From Hormiphora californensis (Eukaryota > Animalia > Ctenophora): a stretch of DNA of 64,000 nt. The stretch is from assembly GCA_020137815.1 (NCBI GenBank), contig CM035356.1, positions 1,488,001-1,552,000 on the forward strand, read 5' to 3'. The notes beneath the pieces are model-generated. The model saw only the letters and a program-made list of their open reading frames with translations, searched no databases and was not told the origin of the DNA. Every line of letters begins with the position of its first letter. Within the stretch, counting starts at the first letter, position 1. Position numbers and translations under genes: made by a program. Below are positions 13,279-56,355 of this stretch, one piece after another.

Positions 13279-14654
13279 ATGCCTAACGACACAGTGGCCG
13301 TTATAGATTGTGGCACCCATACTACAAAATGTGGGATCAGCGGGGAGAGTCTTCCCCGACTTATCTCCCCCAATGTCATCGCTATGGAGGAGGATGGGGA
13401 GGTATGGGTGGGTAGCGATGCCCTCAGAAAAAGGAGGAGCTGCAAACTTGTCAGGCCCATGAATAGAGGAAGGATCGTGGGGTGGAGCGATATTGAGAAG
13501 GTAATATTAATAGTTGAACTGTCACCGTCCACCGATATTCCGAGAGAGATTGAACTTTTAACGAGGCTTTCGTCTCCATAACTCCGAGAAATAAGTCTCA
13601 TATCAGAGGTTCCCTGATTGATTCCCAATATCTGATCCTCCATTCCCCCAGGTATGGACACACACCCTTGAGTGGGATCTAGGACTAAACCCAAAGGAGA
13701 CCACCGTCCTTCTAACAGAAGCCCCCGATGAACCTCCCCGGATACGAGAGTTAAAAGCGGAGATTATGTTTGAGAATCTTGGTATACCCAGGTTTTGTTT
13801 AGCTAACCAGGCGGTGCTGAGTTTGTATGCTGAGGGCCGGACATCCGGTGTTGTCGTAGATATTGGGGCTGGTTCTGCTTGTGGGATCGCTGTCTCATCT
13901 GGTGAGTAAAGACATTATTCCTACTGTTATCCAATTTTTGAAAGCTCGATCTATTATGCAGTTTGCATTACCATACCCCCCCCCCCAGATAACCACTAAC
14001 CCACGTCACTATAACCCATGTCACTACCCATCAGGTAATATGGTTGGTGGATACCACTCCCTCCCTTATACTGGCGATGCCATAACCACCTCCCTTCTTC
14101 ATGAGTTCAGCTCCCTCGGATTCAGCCCCTCCTCAACTACCCACAGAGACATTGTCAACCACATCAAGGACACTCATTCCTTCATATCCTCCTCCTCCTC
14201 CATGACACCCTATGTAGTGGACTATACCCTACCAGATAGAAGGAAAGTGTCCATTAAATCGGGTCTGGTTAACCTGGATAAGTGGATGTTTACCGGTGAA
14301 ACCTCCCTGACTCGTGTTGTAAAGGATTGTGTGGGCTTATTGGACCAGGATCATGGCCTCAGTAACGTAGTTCTCAGTGGCGGGGTGAGTGACTGTCTGG
14401 GACTGAGGGAGAGACTATCTAGCTCCCTCCTGCCCCACAACATCATAGTTGGAGAGGCCAGCCCTATTGGCAAGTGTAGATATTTGAGTTGGATTGGGGG
14501 TAGTGTTCTTGGCTCCCTCTCTACATTTGATAGGCTGTCAGTTAGTGCTGCCGAGTATGAGGAATACGGGCCGGGACTTATTAACCAGAGGGCCGCCATG
14601 GATCGAGATCTGAGTGATATCTATTATGCTATGTACAGCAGCTACGGTGCGTGA
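13279..14654 (+). CDS. Divergent actin-like / actin-related protein, 3 exons (13279-13500, 13652-13901, 14035-14654), ~363 aa
   Basis: Actin motifs AVIDCGTHTTKCG, PMNRGRIVGWSDIEKVW, VLLTEAP, QAVLSLYAEGRTSGVVVDIG, YTLPD, NVVLSGG, SWIGGSVLGSLSTF and EYEEYGP. GT-AG introns are in phase. Confidence 0.88.
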
Positions 14655-15469
14655 CCTTAGGATAACTATAAGAAAGGCTAAAAATAACTTTATGTCTTTT
14701 ATCAAAATAGAGTCTCTTGCATAAGTCATTGCATATTGGATCAATTGTCTTCGGTTTCTGCAGCCGCTCTGCAGCAATACCCCCAAAAGGGGTATAATTG
14801 GAAGACTAAGGAATTGGATTAGCAAGGAAAGTAATTCCGCTAATGTGCTTCACTGCGTTATAATATAAGATTGAGTAGGTATAATATTAGCGGGGGAATT
14901 TCAAAGAGGCAAAGAAAGAAAAGTTTTTTTTTGTGTAATGTGTACCAGTAAGTGTTTTTAATGTCAGAATTTTAACTTTTTTGGTTTTAAAATAAAAATA
15001 TATTTCAGTTTAATTTTTGTACACTATAAAATCAATACCGTATGATCAGACAAGCTGCAATGTCCTGTATGGCGGCGCCATACCCCATTTGATTCTCAGA
15101 TGGGTCGCGGCGCCAGACAGGCAATGTCTGAACAGCATGGCTTCTGGGAGGAAATGGTTTAACTACCCATCAAACCACCCTGGGAACTTCCTTTCAGATA
15201 GTTTAACAGTTCCATAATAAAATGCAGTAATAGTTCAGCACCGCGTCAAGTATGGGGTGTTGACGGCGATTTTTTACGCTAGGAAAGAGTGAATTTTGTG
15301 ACACACGTGATACCAGTAATGACCTTGGGCACGTCGCGAAGGGCGATCCCCTCAAGTAATGACCCATAGATGGACCCGCAATAACCAACCATGTTATGTG
15401 CAGCAGCCACCAATCCTGCTGTCTGGCGCCGCCAGACCTGTCAGGCCAATGTTCTGACCACAGTTCTCG

Positions 15470-15812
15470 CGTGCTCCGCCAAACCGCCCGTGCCGGTCTA
15501 AGACGGTTTGGAAAACCCAAACGGAGCTGGAGGTGTAAATCACATAATCTTTATACGTTCAGATCAGGTGGGCGTCGCCAAAAAGCCGTCCTGGGCATGG
15601 CTGATCAACTCAATTATTATGTGATTTACTCCTTGGCCTTGGCTCCATTGCAACCTATTCTCGCTCCGCGAAGAATATGTATGTGAGATCGATCTGATCT
15701 CGGTCGCTGCGCGACCTCGATCTCACTCAGGCATCAATGTGGCCAAATTTACTCCTGCGTTTGGATTTTCCGAACCGTCTTAGACCGGGGCACGGGCGGT
15801 TTGGCGGCGCCC
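15470..15812. mobile_element. Inverted-repeat element with the ~100-bp MITE (15639-15746) nested inside
   Basis: CCGCCAAACCGCCCGTGCCGGTCTAAGACGGTT (~15476-15508) is mirrored by AACCGTCTTAGACCGGGGCACGGGCGGTTTGGCGG (~15773-15807). ATTTACTCC occurs on both sides of the nested MITE. Confidence 0.55.
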
Positions 15813-16423
15813 GACCGATCTGAACGCACTGTCAATGTCAGCACGATGCCTGACCGCTCCCCTCGCCTGACAGTTTCAAAAATCGAAACGGGGTCTGGCA
15901 GTCTGGGACCGGCAGCTAGACCCCGTTATGATTCTCAGTGCACTCAGATCAGGTCGGCGCCACCAGACAGGGCACCCCGGCACCGCCCACCGGTTGCTTT
16001 ACAAAGCTTTGTACAATTCGTTAAACAATTCATTTTCGAAAACAAATAATGTAGTATCGCATTGTCTCAATTTTGATATGACTCGACTCTCGGATCAAGT
16101 CTCTCAAACTCAAGGGGGTATTTACAGTTTTTGAAAGTTCTCAATCTCATAAACTCTGTTCTGTACACAAGTAAAATCTCAAATCGAGATTCTCGATCAG
16201 TGCAAGCATTTTTCAGGTCAACATTTCAGTAAAATCGTATGATCTCCTTATCTTTTCTCTCAAGATCATATCAGTACATAGCAAAATAAAAATCTAGCTC
16301 AAAATTTCCAAAAAATATACACAAAAGTATTAAATCTTAATTTAAAACAGTCTCTTTTTCTCTTATTAACGGGATTGTCCCTCTCTCTCAATTAATGTGA
16401 CATCAGCCCTTCTATAGTTCTCC

Positions 16424-33180
<16,757 letters not shown>

Positions 33181-33327
33181 CGCAGATTTTCTTGTTACAT
33201 TGACTTAAACAGATGGTGAGTTAGTGATAAGCTGATATGAACACTATTGGTTTTGGGAAGGGTAACATTTCGACTCGAGGAGAGGTCTGCAGTACAAGCC
33301 AAATGCCAAAAATGGTTGGCCTATGCT

Positions 33328-34055
33328 ACAGGCCCTAGAAGCCGTGGAAAACGCGCGCACTTGGGGTCTGCAGCGCATGCCAACAAAAATGGCTGTGATT
33401 TGTCAAAAACGTGAAAAAGACATGATTTAAAAAATTCCATTTTCAAAATAAAAAGAGAGCCGCGCAGCAAAAGCAGCGGATTAATTAGTTTTTTGGCGCG
33501 TTTCACGAGATAGCAGAAGCGCCGCACCGCTCGAGCCAGGCCGGAAAAAATTCTTCCAACTCAAATTTTCAGATTTGTGTCACATTTTCCAAAATTCTTG
33601 AAAAGTTGGAATGCGCTGCAGCCCCCTCATGCGCGCACCCCCGCAATATTATATTATATTATAAAGTCCATTTTTTTTCAACTGTTCACCCAAAAACTGA
33701 AATTTAATAAAAATTAGAATTTTGGTGGCGCGCGCTATACGTTAACATGTGATAAACGCGCAAAAGAATTCCGCGCACGACTTTGGGGGGTGAACAGTTG
33801 AAAAAAAATGGAGTATAAGGGGCCTGCAACGTATGCCAACTTGAAAAGCGCTGCCTTATCCCGCGCTGCGCGTGGCGCAGAACAGGGCCAGCAACGTTTG
33901 CCAACCAAAATTCGTTTTCCTGCCCTTTTGGAGGCTTGAAATCACCTAAAACCGCTCAAAAGGTCCCAATATTTAAAAAAATATTCAGGGGGACTTCGCC
34001 CAATTTAGGCCAGCAGTTTATTGTCCCCCTTTTATTTTGCGATCTGTTAGCCCTG
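33328..34055. mobile_element. Probable non-autonomous repeat(s) in the divergent intergenic region
   Basis: Internal inverted pairs: TCCATTTTTTTTCAACTGTTCACCC (~33667) with GGGTGAACAGTTGAAAAAAAATGGA (~33788), and GCGCGCAC..CTGCAGCGCAT (~33353) with ATGCGCTGCAG..GCGCGC (~33611). Termini and TSD not resolved. Confidence 0.35.
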
Positions 34056-34182
34056 GCCCAAGTTAGGGTTCCACGCTCGCGGGGCCATTGACTTGATCAT
34101 CCAGGGTTCCCAGTTTCAATCCCGTTTCTTACACCAATAATACGATACAACTGTTTAGGTAGCGTTAATAAATGAACGGGGA

Positions 34183-36026
34183 ATGGAATCAGGGAGCTAT
34201 GCACAAGAGGGACGTCCTCGGATAGCTGAAATCGATAAAAACTCCATCCACTTCTTACAAGTTCTCGACCGTGGTAGTTTTGGGACGGTGTCCCTGGCTG
34301 TTTGGAATGGTGAAAATGTTGCTGTGAAGGTATTCGACACTCACGAGGAGAAAGATGCCTTTAAAACAGAGGTGGATGTCCTGGCGAATGTGTCCCATCC
34401 CAACATTATTGAACTGTATGGTATGGTGGTGGGTGAGACGTGTATGATAGTGATGGAGCTCGCTACCCAGAACTCTCTCTACAATCTCCTGCACCGGAGA
34501 CTGGATATACCCTACAAAAAGGAGCACATGGTGTCTTGGTGGTATGAGATTGCGGATGCGATAGGGTACCTTCACTCTCACAAACCTAAACCTATAACAC
34601 ACAGAGACCTTAAAAGTAGTAACATCTTGCTCAAGGATGATCATATTAAAGTGTGTGATTTTGGGACAGCTTGTGATGTTAGATCTCTCATGTCCAATGC
34701 CAAGGGAACCGTTTCTTGGATGGCTCCGGAGGTGAGTAATAAGGGTGGGGATTGAATGACATGTGGGGGATGGTTACTTACTGGCGCTAGAATGAGCTGT
34801 CATCCATTTGTTGGGAGCAACATTTATACTATCCTCCATTAAAGATAATCTTTGAGCCGTCAATTAGATAATTCCTTTTTGCTCTGTGGTGGGGTTTTTT
34901 AATTGCTTTAGCTTCTCGAGACTCGAACTGTCAAGTTTGACTCTTTTTGTCTTATCTATCAAGTAAATAGCACTGAGCACTACCAAGTTTGGGTGGCATT
35001 ACTATCCTTCCTCGCTCTTCTAAAATTCTTTTTCTTCTGGTGATGGCGTCACATCCTCGAGTTTCTTTAAACCCGCCCCCTCATCTCCTTCTATTAAGTC
35101 TCCACTCCCTGTGACCTCCCTCTATCACTCTACCACATTTAATTGTTACTCCTCCCCTCTAGTGACCAGTCCCCTAGCTCTCCTCTCACTCTACCACATT
35201 TAATTGTTACCCCTCCCCCTCCTTCCCCCAGGTGATTGTCGGTGAGACCTACAACGAGAGGTGTGACGTGTACAGTTTCGGTCTGGTGATGTGGGAGATC
35301 TTGATGAGACGTGTTCCCTTCAAGGGTCTCAACCCCTTCCAGGTCATGCAGGCAGTTAGCCAGAAGAAGCAAAGACCACCCCTGCCAGAGACAATACCAC
35401 GGTGTATTAGGACTATTATCGTGTTGTGCTGGAATCACGAACCTCATGTTAGACCCGATTTTGAGGCGTTGTTGGATATTCTCAGTCATCTGATGGGAAG
35501 TGTTGCAGAGTTGGATATTCAGGATCCACCGACCGGGGAGGCTGTTGTTGAGGAGGTGGTGGAGGAGGACCCTGTTGTACTTCCCCAACCTCACACCCCA
35601 GAGGTGATAGCACCTGGTCCCTCCTCCGCTGTAGCAGCGGTACCTTCACCCCCTCGATTCCCAATCACACCCGGGTCGTGCAGCCCCTCCCCCACAACAC
35701 CTCTCTCCTCATCAACTCCTTCCGGTCCTCCCCGGGTAAAGACTGATGATATCGCACCCTACCCCCATTGTATTGCAAATAACCCGGAAAGCACTCAACT
35801 CTACTCAGTTCACTGTAGTGCGCACGAAGAATTACAGATCCTGAACTCGCATCTCCGAAGAAAAGAGAGTGTTTATAAGAGTTTGTCAGAGAAGTTAAAG
35901 GAATCAAAACAGATTGAGGTGTCTTTGAATGCCCAGAAGGAGGAGAGACAGTTGAGATTGACAATATTGAAGAGTGAAAATGAAACTATGCACGAACAGC
36001 TCAACTACGCTCTTGATAATCCATGA
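34183..36026 (+). CDS. MAP3K7: TAK1-like MAP kinase kinase kinase, 2 exons (34183-34731, 35232-36026)
   Basis: Kinase motifs RGSFGTV, VAVK, HRDLKSSN, KVCDFGTACD, GTVSWMAPE|V and DVYSFG..WE. C-terminal PHC...ESTQLYSVHC plus a coiled coil resembles the TAK1 TAB2/3-binding tail. Confidence 0.85.
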
Positions 36027-36807
36027 TATCATTGAATACGGTGTACCCCCTCTGATCTTGCGTGCTAAAATGGGACGCACACAAGATTGAAAAAGTATTC
36101 TGGCTAGAGCGTAAGATAAAATATAGAATTTGAAGAGAGGTAAAGGGGGACACCGTACCCAACCCTGATCACAGGTTCGAGATTTGATCACCGAGAGGGA
36201 TACAGAGATAGAGAAAATGTAAGGTTGTAAACATAAAAGAGCGGTGTTCGTCTGCAAAAGTCAGAAACTGAATAATATAATATATTATGACAAATATTGT
36301 CCGTGTTTGGGTGACAAGGAATACTGATGAACATATAGAGAGATTTTGGAGAAAGGGAGTGTAACGTTTGTTTTCTTTCTCTCCAAAGCATGATATGATA
36401 TATTCATGGTTTCTTTTCGCCATGTTGTTTGATTATTGATTTGAAATGAATCTTGATTTATGGGTGTTTGTCTGTCTGTTTGTGTGTGTGTGTGTGTCCA
36501 CTAGATTTGAAATCACATATATAAACTGTACAACTACTAACTTTTTTATCCTCCCGCAAAACATCTTTTCCTGTTGTAAGTATTATTGTGTGAGATAAGC
36601 ATTAAGCTGTACTTTCCCTCTCTCCTGGTCCCTCTCTCCTGGTCCCTCTCTCCTGCAGTCCCTCTCTCCTGCAGTCCCTAACGACTCGTTCTATAATGCT
36701 CACGCCCCTAACTACCAGCACTACACACATTTCCCCCATCCCGTCCCCATATTGTTCTATTCTCCATCTTCCCCCTTTATTTAGTTTGGTGTCCAGATAT
36801 GTAAGTG

Positions 36808-46840
<10,033 letters not shown>

Positions 46841-47909
46841 TTGGGCGAAAAAACAGGGACTGTTTTTTGAGAGTTTTTTTTTCTCGGTAAAAGAGAATAA
46901 CGTCATGTTAATACCAGTATTATTATTATTATTTTCCCTGTGACTCGATGTGTAAACGCGTACCCCGATTGATATAATTGTTTTTTAGGACTTTATGTCT
47001 AGTAAATAAAGGAGTATTAGGACGATGTCATTATAATTAGTACAACATGTGCACCAGTGTTTCATATACATATCTTGTATATGGGTTTCGTTTCATTATT
47101 TCTCTACCTCTGTGTATATTAACCTTTACGGTTGGGACGAAAAAATCCGGATGTCTACCCCATATTATTATAGACCTATATAATAGCGTTAATTCCTAGC
47201 GTAAATCCCTATATTTAATTGAATAGGGTCTAAACCTAGATTCTATGTCCTTATATTATGGGTATTATAGAGTTTATTAAAGGAATCTATACAACTTTCT
47301 TGCCATATAATATGACCCGTATCTTCGTTTATTTTGCTGGTTATACAAAGGTCACGTCCCTAGCTGGGAGGTTGAGACCTTGTGACCTGGCTGGTGGCGC
47401 CAGACCCCCGATTTGACAGTGGGCTCAGATGGGGTCCTCATGGGCGCCAGACAGCTTGTGATCTATTAGTTCGACAAGGTGGTACATGATGTCACGTGTG
47501 TGACGTCACTAATACCATCTCATATTACGAGTTTACACACCATGTGTCTGTGAAGTGTGCGTGTTCCCCCGTATTGTACAGAGAAACACGCAGTATAATG
47601 TATCTGTCATTTTGTGGAAAAGTGTTCCAATTTTTGTTCCTGTTTTCGGGAAACAGCGTGTTTCATTTCGTAACAAATAGAAGGAGAGACTTGGATCGAT
47701 ACAAGAACTACGCTATCGTTCTTGTGTGTATCGACCAAGTCTTACCTTCTAAAAAGGGACGATATCAAGTTTTACGGGTTAATTTAAAAACAGGGAAATA
47801 CATAAATCAAACACACAAATCAGTTTATTAGGGTAAACAGAGGGGGATCCCCCTCTATCGTAATATTATATGTGCCCCAATTATCTCTCTCCACCAGGTC
47901 GGTAGAACT

Positions 47910-49486
47910 GGGGGGGTCGTCATGTTAATGTTAATGTTTCATGAAAATTTTTAAAATGTTAACATTAACATTATTAACATTATTAACATTATTAACAAAA
48001 AAAAAGAAGCTTTTTTAAGTCTTTTTGAAGCTTTTAATGCCGCTTTAATAGATCATATTTGCGTTATTTTTGACAATATTATACGTACTACCCATCCAAT
48101 CAACAATGATATACAGTCGGACCCCGATGTAGTGGCCCCCGATTTAGTGGCACCCTGATTTAGTGGCAGGATTTTTTTGAAAATTTTTCAAAGGAATACC
48201 CGCCACGTCCGAATCGTGTTTCGAATCGGTGCATCTTATCGCATTTCCTGCTGCTAATTAGACAGTTCGGAACGAACCGATAAGTGATCCCCATGGGGCC
48301 ATTGAATCACATGTTTACCAAGCGTCAAAATTGGGGGGGGGGTGCAACCCAAAAAAGACCAACCATACCCTGGATTAGTAGGGACGAATCTTAATTTTTT
48401 GACTCACTATTTGGTGAAAAGCAAATTCCGGTTGTAACCCACTGATTTTGACCCGCTGAACACGATCCCGTCCATAGGTAAGCTCTAAGTAGTGGAGAAA
48501 ATGCCCAAAATGAACATTTTTGTTCATTTAGTCAGGTGATTTTAGTGAAAAATGGCCAAATCTTCAGAAAAATTGTTAACAAGCCAATTTCTTCACCAGT
48601 AGGTCCGGATAGGTGTCTAGTATGCCCAAAAAAAGTATACGGTAATCGGAAGTGTGCACGCGCGCTGAGTGCGCAAAACCCTTTACATGTATTTCTAGCT
48701 TCGAAAAAAATTAAAAGACCATCTTAGGAAACGAGTAGAGAAAAAACCAGGGGCACCAAAGTGATCAGCGCCCTCGCATTAGTGGGGGTAGGTGCCGGAA
48801 TTGAGTCTCTATCTCATTTGGTTAATTAGTTAATTGGATAATTAGATCTGCACATAGCCATTTTTGGCCATATGGCTATAGCCACTTAGGAATGGTTTAG
48901 AGACTTTTCACTGGTGTCATGTTGTAGGCAATGACCAAGTTATGGTGGGTCGACGTCGGACTTTTAAGCTCTATCTCCAACCGTCTAATTAGCAGCAGGA
49001 CATGCGATAAGATGCACCGATTCGAAACACGATTCGGACGTGGCTGGTATTCCTTTGAAAAATTTTCAAAAAAATTTCACAAAAAAAATTCAAAAAATTT
49101 TTGGGGGAAAATCCTGCCACTAAATCGGGGTGCCACTAAATCAGGGTGAGCCATATTTGGCCCATAAAAACCAGTTTATACATTAAACTGGTGTTCTTTA
49201 CTCGTATACCCCGCCTTTGTTATAATGACTCTTTTCTTACCTCAAAACCTTTGATAAAATCCAAACAATTATCCTAGCTATGAAATATCTGCCATGGGAG
49301 ATAGTGAGTTTATGATAGAAACACCTAAACACACCTAAAAACACAAAAAACAGCTATAGACCGACTGAAAACATCTAAAACGCGATTTTTGTTAATTTTG
49401 TTAATTTTGTTAATTTTGTTAATGTTTCACCAAGGGTCGTTTGTTAATTAACAAAACATTAACAAAATTAACATGACGACCCCCCC
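47910..49486. mobile_element. Merlin-like non-autonomous element (G7/C7 termini, 8-bp TSD GTAGAACT)
   Basis: GTAGAACT|GGGGGGGTCGTCATGTTAAT ... ATTAACATGACGACCCCCCC|GTAGAACT. GG termini with an 8-bp TSD are Merlin hallmarks; the superfamily call is inferred. Confidence 0.8.
48114..49148. mobile_element. Pogo-type non-autonomous element with ~150-bp TIRs, right tip missing, nested in the Merlin-like element
   Basis: Starts TA|CAGTCGGACCCCGAT. CACGTCCGAATCGTGTTTCGAATCGGTGCATCTTATCGCAT is mirrored at ~49001-49042. Ends in CCACTAAATCGGGG repeats. Confidence 0.75.
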
Positions 49487-50901
49487 GTAGAACTTCGACA
49501 GAATTTAGGGCAGGTCAATTTAGGGCAGGTCTGAATTTAGGGCAGGTCAATTTAGGGCAGGTCTGAATTTAGGGAAGGTCAATTTAGGGCAGGTCAATTT
49601 AGGGCAGGTCTGAATTTAGGGCAGGTCTGAGTACTAAGCATGTGAATGTAATTCGGGGAAGCTTATAAGCGGTGTGAGACGATACGAGATATAATGGAAC
49701 ATGATTCGGGGAAGCCAATCAGGAGTGTTCGACGATATGAGACACGATTCGGTGAAGGTTTCTATCACTTTCCATCCCTAGACCCTATCCCCCTCTCTGT
49801 TCGCTCTGTCTCTCTTTCAATTTCTCTTACTTTCTCTGAGGGAGAAAGAGAGATACCCTTAACTGTTTGACTGCTAGGAAAGCACGTAGGAATTGTAGAT
49901 GTAGGCGGCTCTTTTTACCGAGAGAGAAAAGACAATGTTTAGCCACCGACCGAGAGCTGCCTACATCTACCTGATGGGAAAGCGGCGAAACCAATTTCCT
50001 CGGAGCAGCTCAACAGTCTTTCTATCTCGACTATCGGTAAAAAGTTAAGGGTATCTATCTTTCTCCATGTCTCTCTTTCTCCTGTCATAGAAAAGGAAAG
50101 AGAAAGAAAGAGAAAGAAAGAGAGACATAGCGAACAAGGAGGGGGATAATAATAATAATAATACCGCCTGTACACCATGGGTACAGTCTACAAAGGTAGG
50201 GCTGTCCCATGTTGCTATCTAACCAATGGCTTATAGGGATGTAAAGCGATAGAAACCTTCCCCGAATCGTATCTCATATCTATCGTCTAACACTCCTGAT
50301 TGGCTTCCCCGAATCATGTTCCAGAGAGGGGTATAGGGTCTAGGGATGGAAAGCGATAGAAACCTTCACCGAATCGTGTCTCATATCGTCTAACACTCCT
50401 GATTGGCTTCCCCGAATCATGTTCCATATCTCGTATCGTCTCACACCGCTAATAAGCTTCCCCGAATCGCATTCACATGCTTAGTACTCAGACCTGCCCT
50501 AAATTCAGACCTGCCCTAAATTCAGACCTGCCCTAAATTCAGACCTGCCCTAAATTGACCTGCCCTAAATTGACCTGCCCTAAATTCTGTCGAAGTTCTA
50601 CCGACCTGCCAATAAATATACAACCGTACCCTGGCATAAAATACAAAATAACGGCACCTAGCCTTTTAATTCCGCCATTCATCAACACAATTCTCGCCCT
50701 AGATCTCTCTCGAACACAGTGCGGTGACAGTTTATTATATAGGGGGCGTCCAGCGCAATCATAACAACAATCTAACACTATTTACACTTAGTAGTATAAC
50801 ACAAAGGTATCTATTCACAATCTCTATTGAAAGTCTGTCTTGGTCCTTATGATGTAGACCCAGTATTTTGAGTTTTATCTCTGTCCATGTTATCACTATA
50901 G

Positions 50902-56064
<5,163 letters not shown>

Positions 56065-56355
56065 TAGACATTGGGGGCGCCCTACTACTACTACTGCAGC
56101 TACCCACCACCTTCTTACATGCCTATCATTAAGAGGTATGTAGAATTATATTGTATGTTGACTCAACATACCATTGGGGGTCGATGAGGTAATGAGGGGA
56201 GTGGGCAGGGTTATAATTGGGATTCAGAGTTGAGATTGTGGGTTTCAGTCAAATAAAACAACAGTTATTGTGTTACTGAATAAAATAATAAATTACCATC
56301 CTCCCCCACTAAAAGCATATAAAAAACTGTGTGTCAGATGCACTTAAAAAGATCG

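Larger units (their letters stand above)
47895..50608. mobile_element. Outer non-autonomous DNA transposon with long TIRs and subterminal AATTTAGGGCAGGTC repeats
   Basis: Left end CAGGTCGGTAGAACT[insertion]TCGACAGAATTTAGGGCAGG; right end CCTGCCCTAAATTCTGTCGAAGTTCTACCGACCTG. Inverted identity extends ~300 bp (49487-49795 vs 50325-50608). No clean TSD. Confidence 0.8.
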
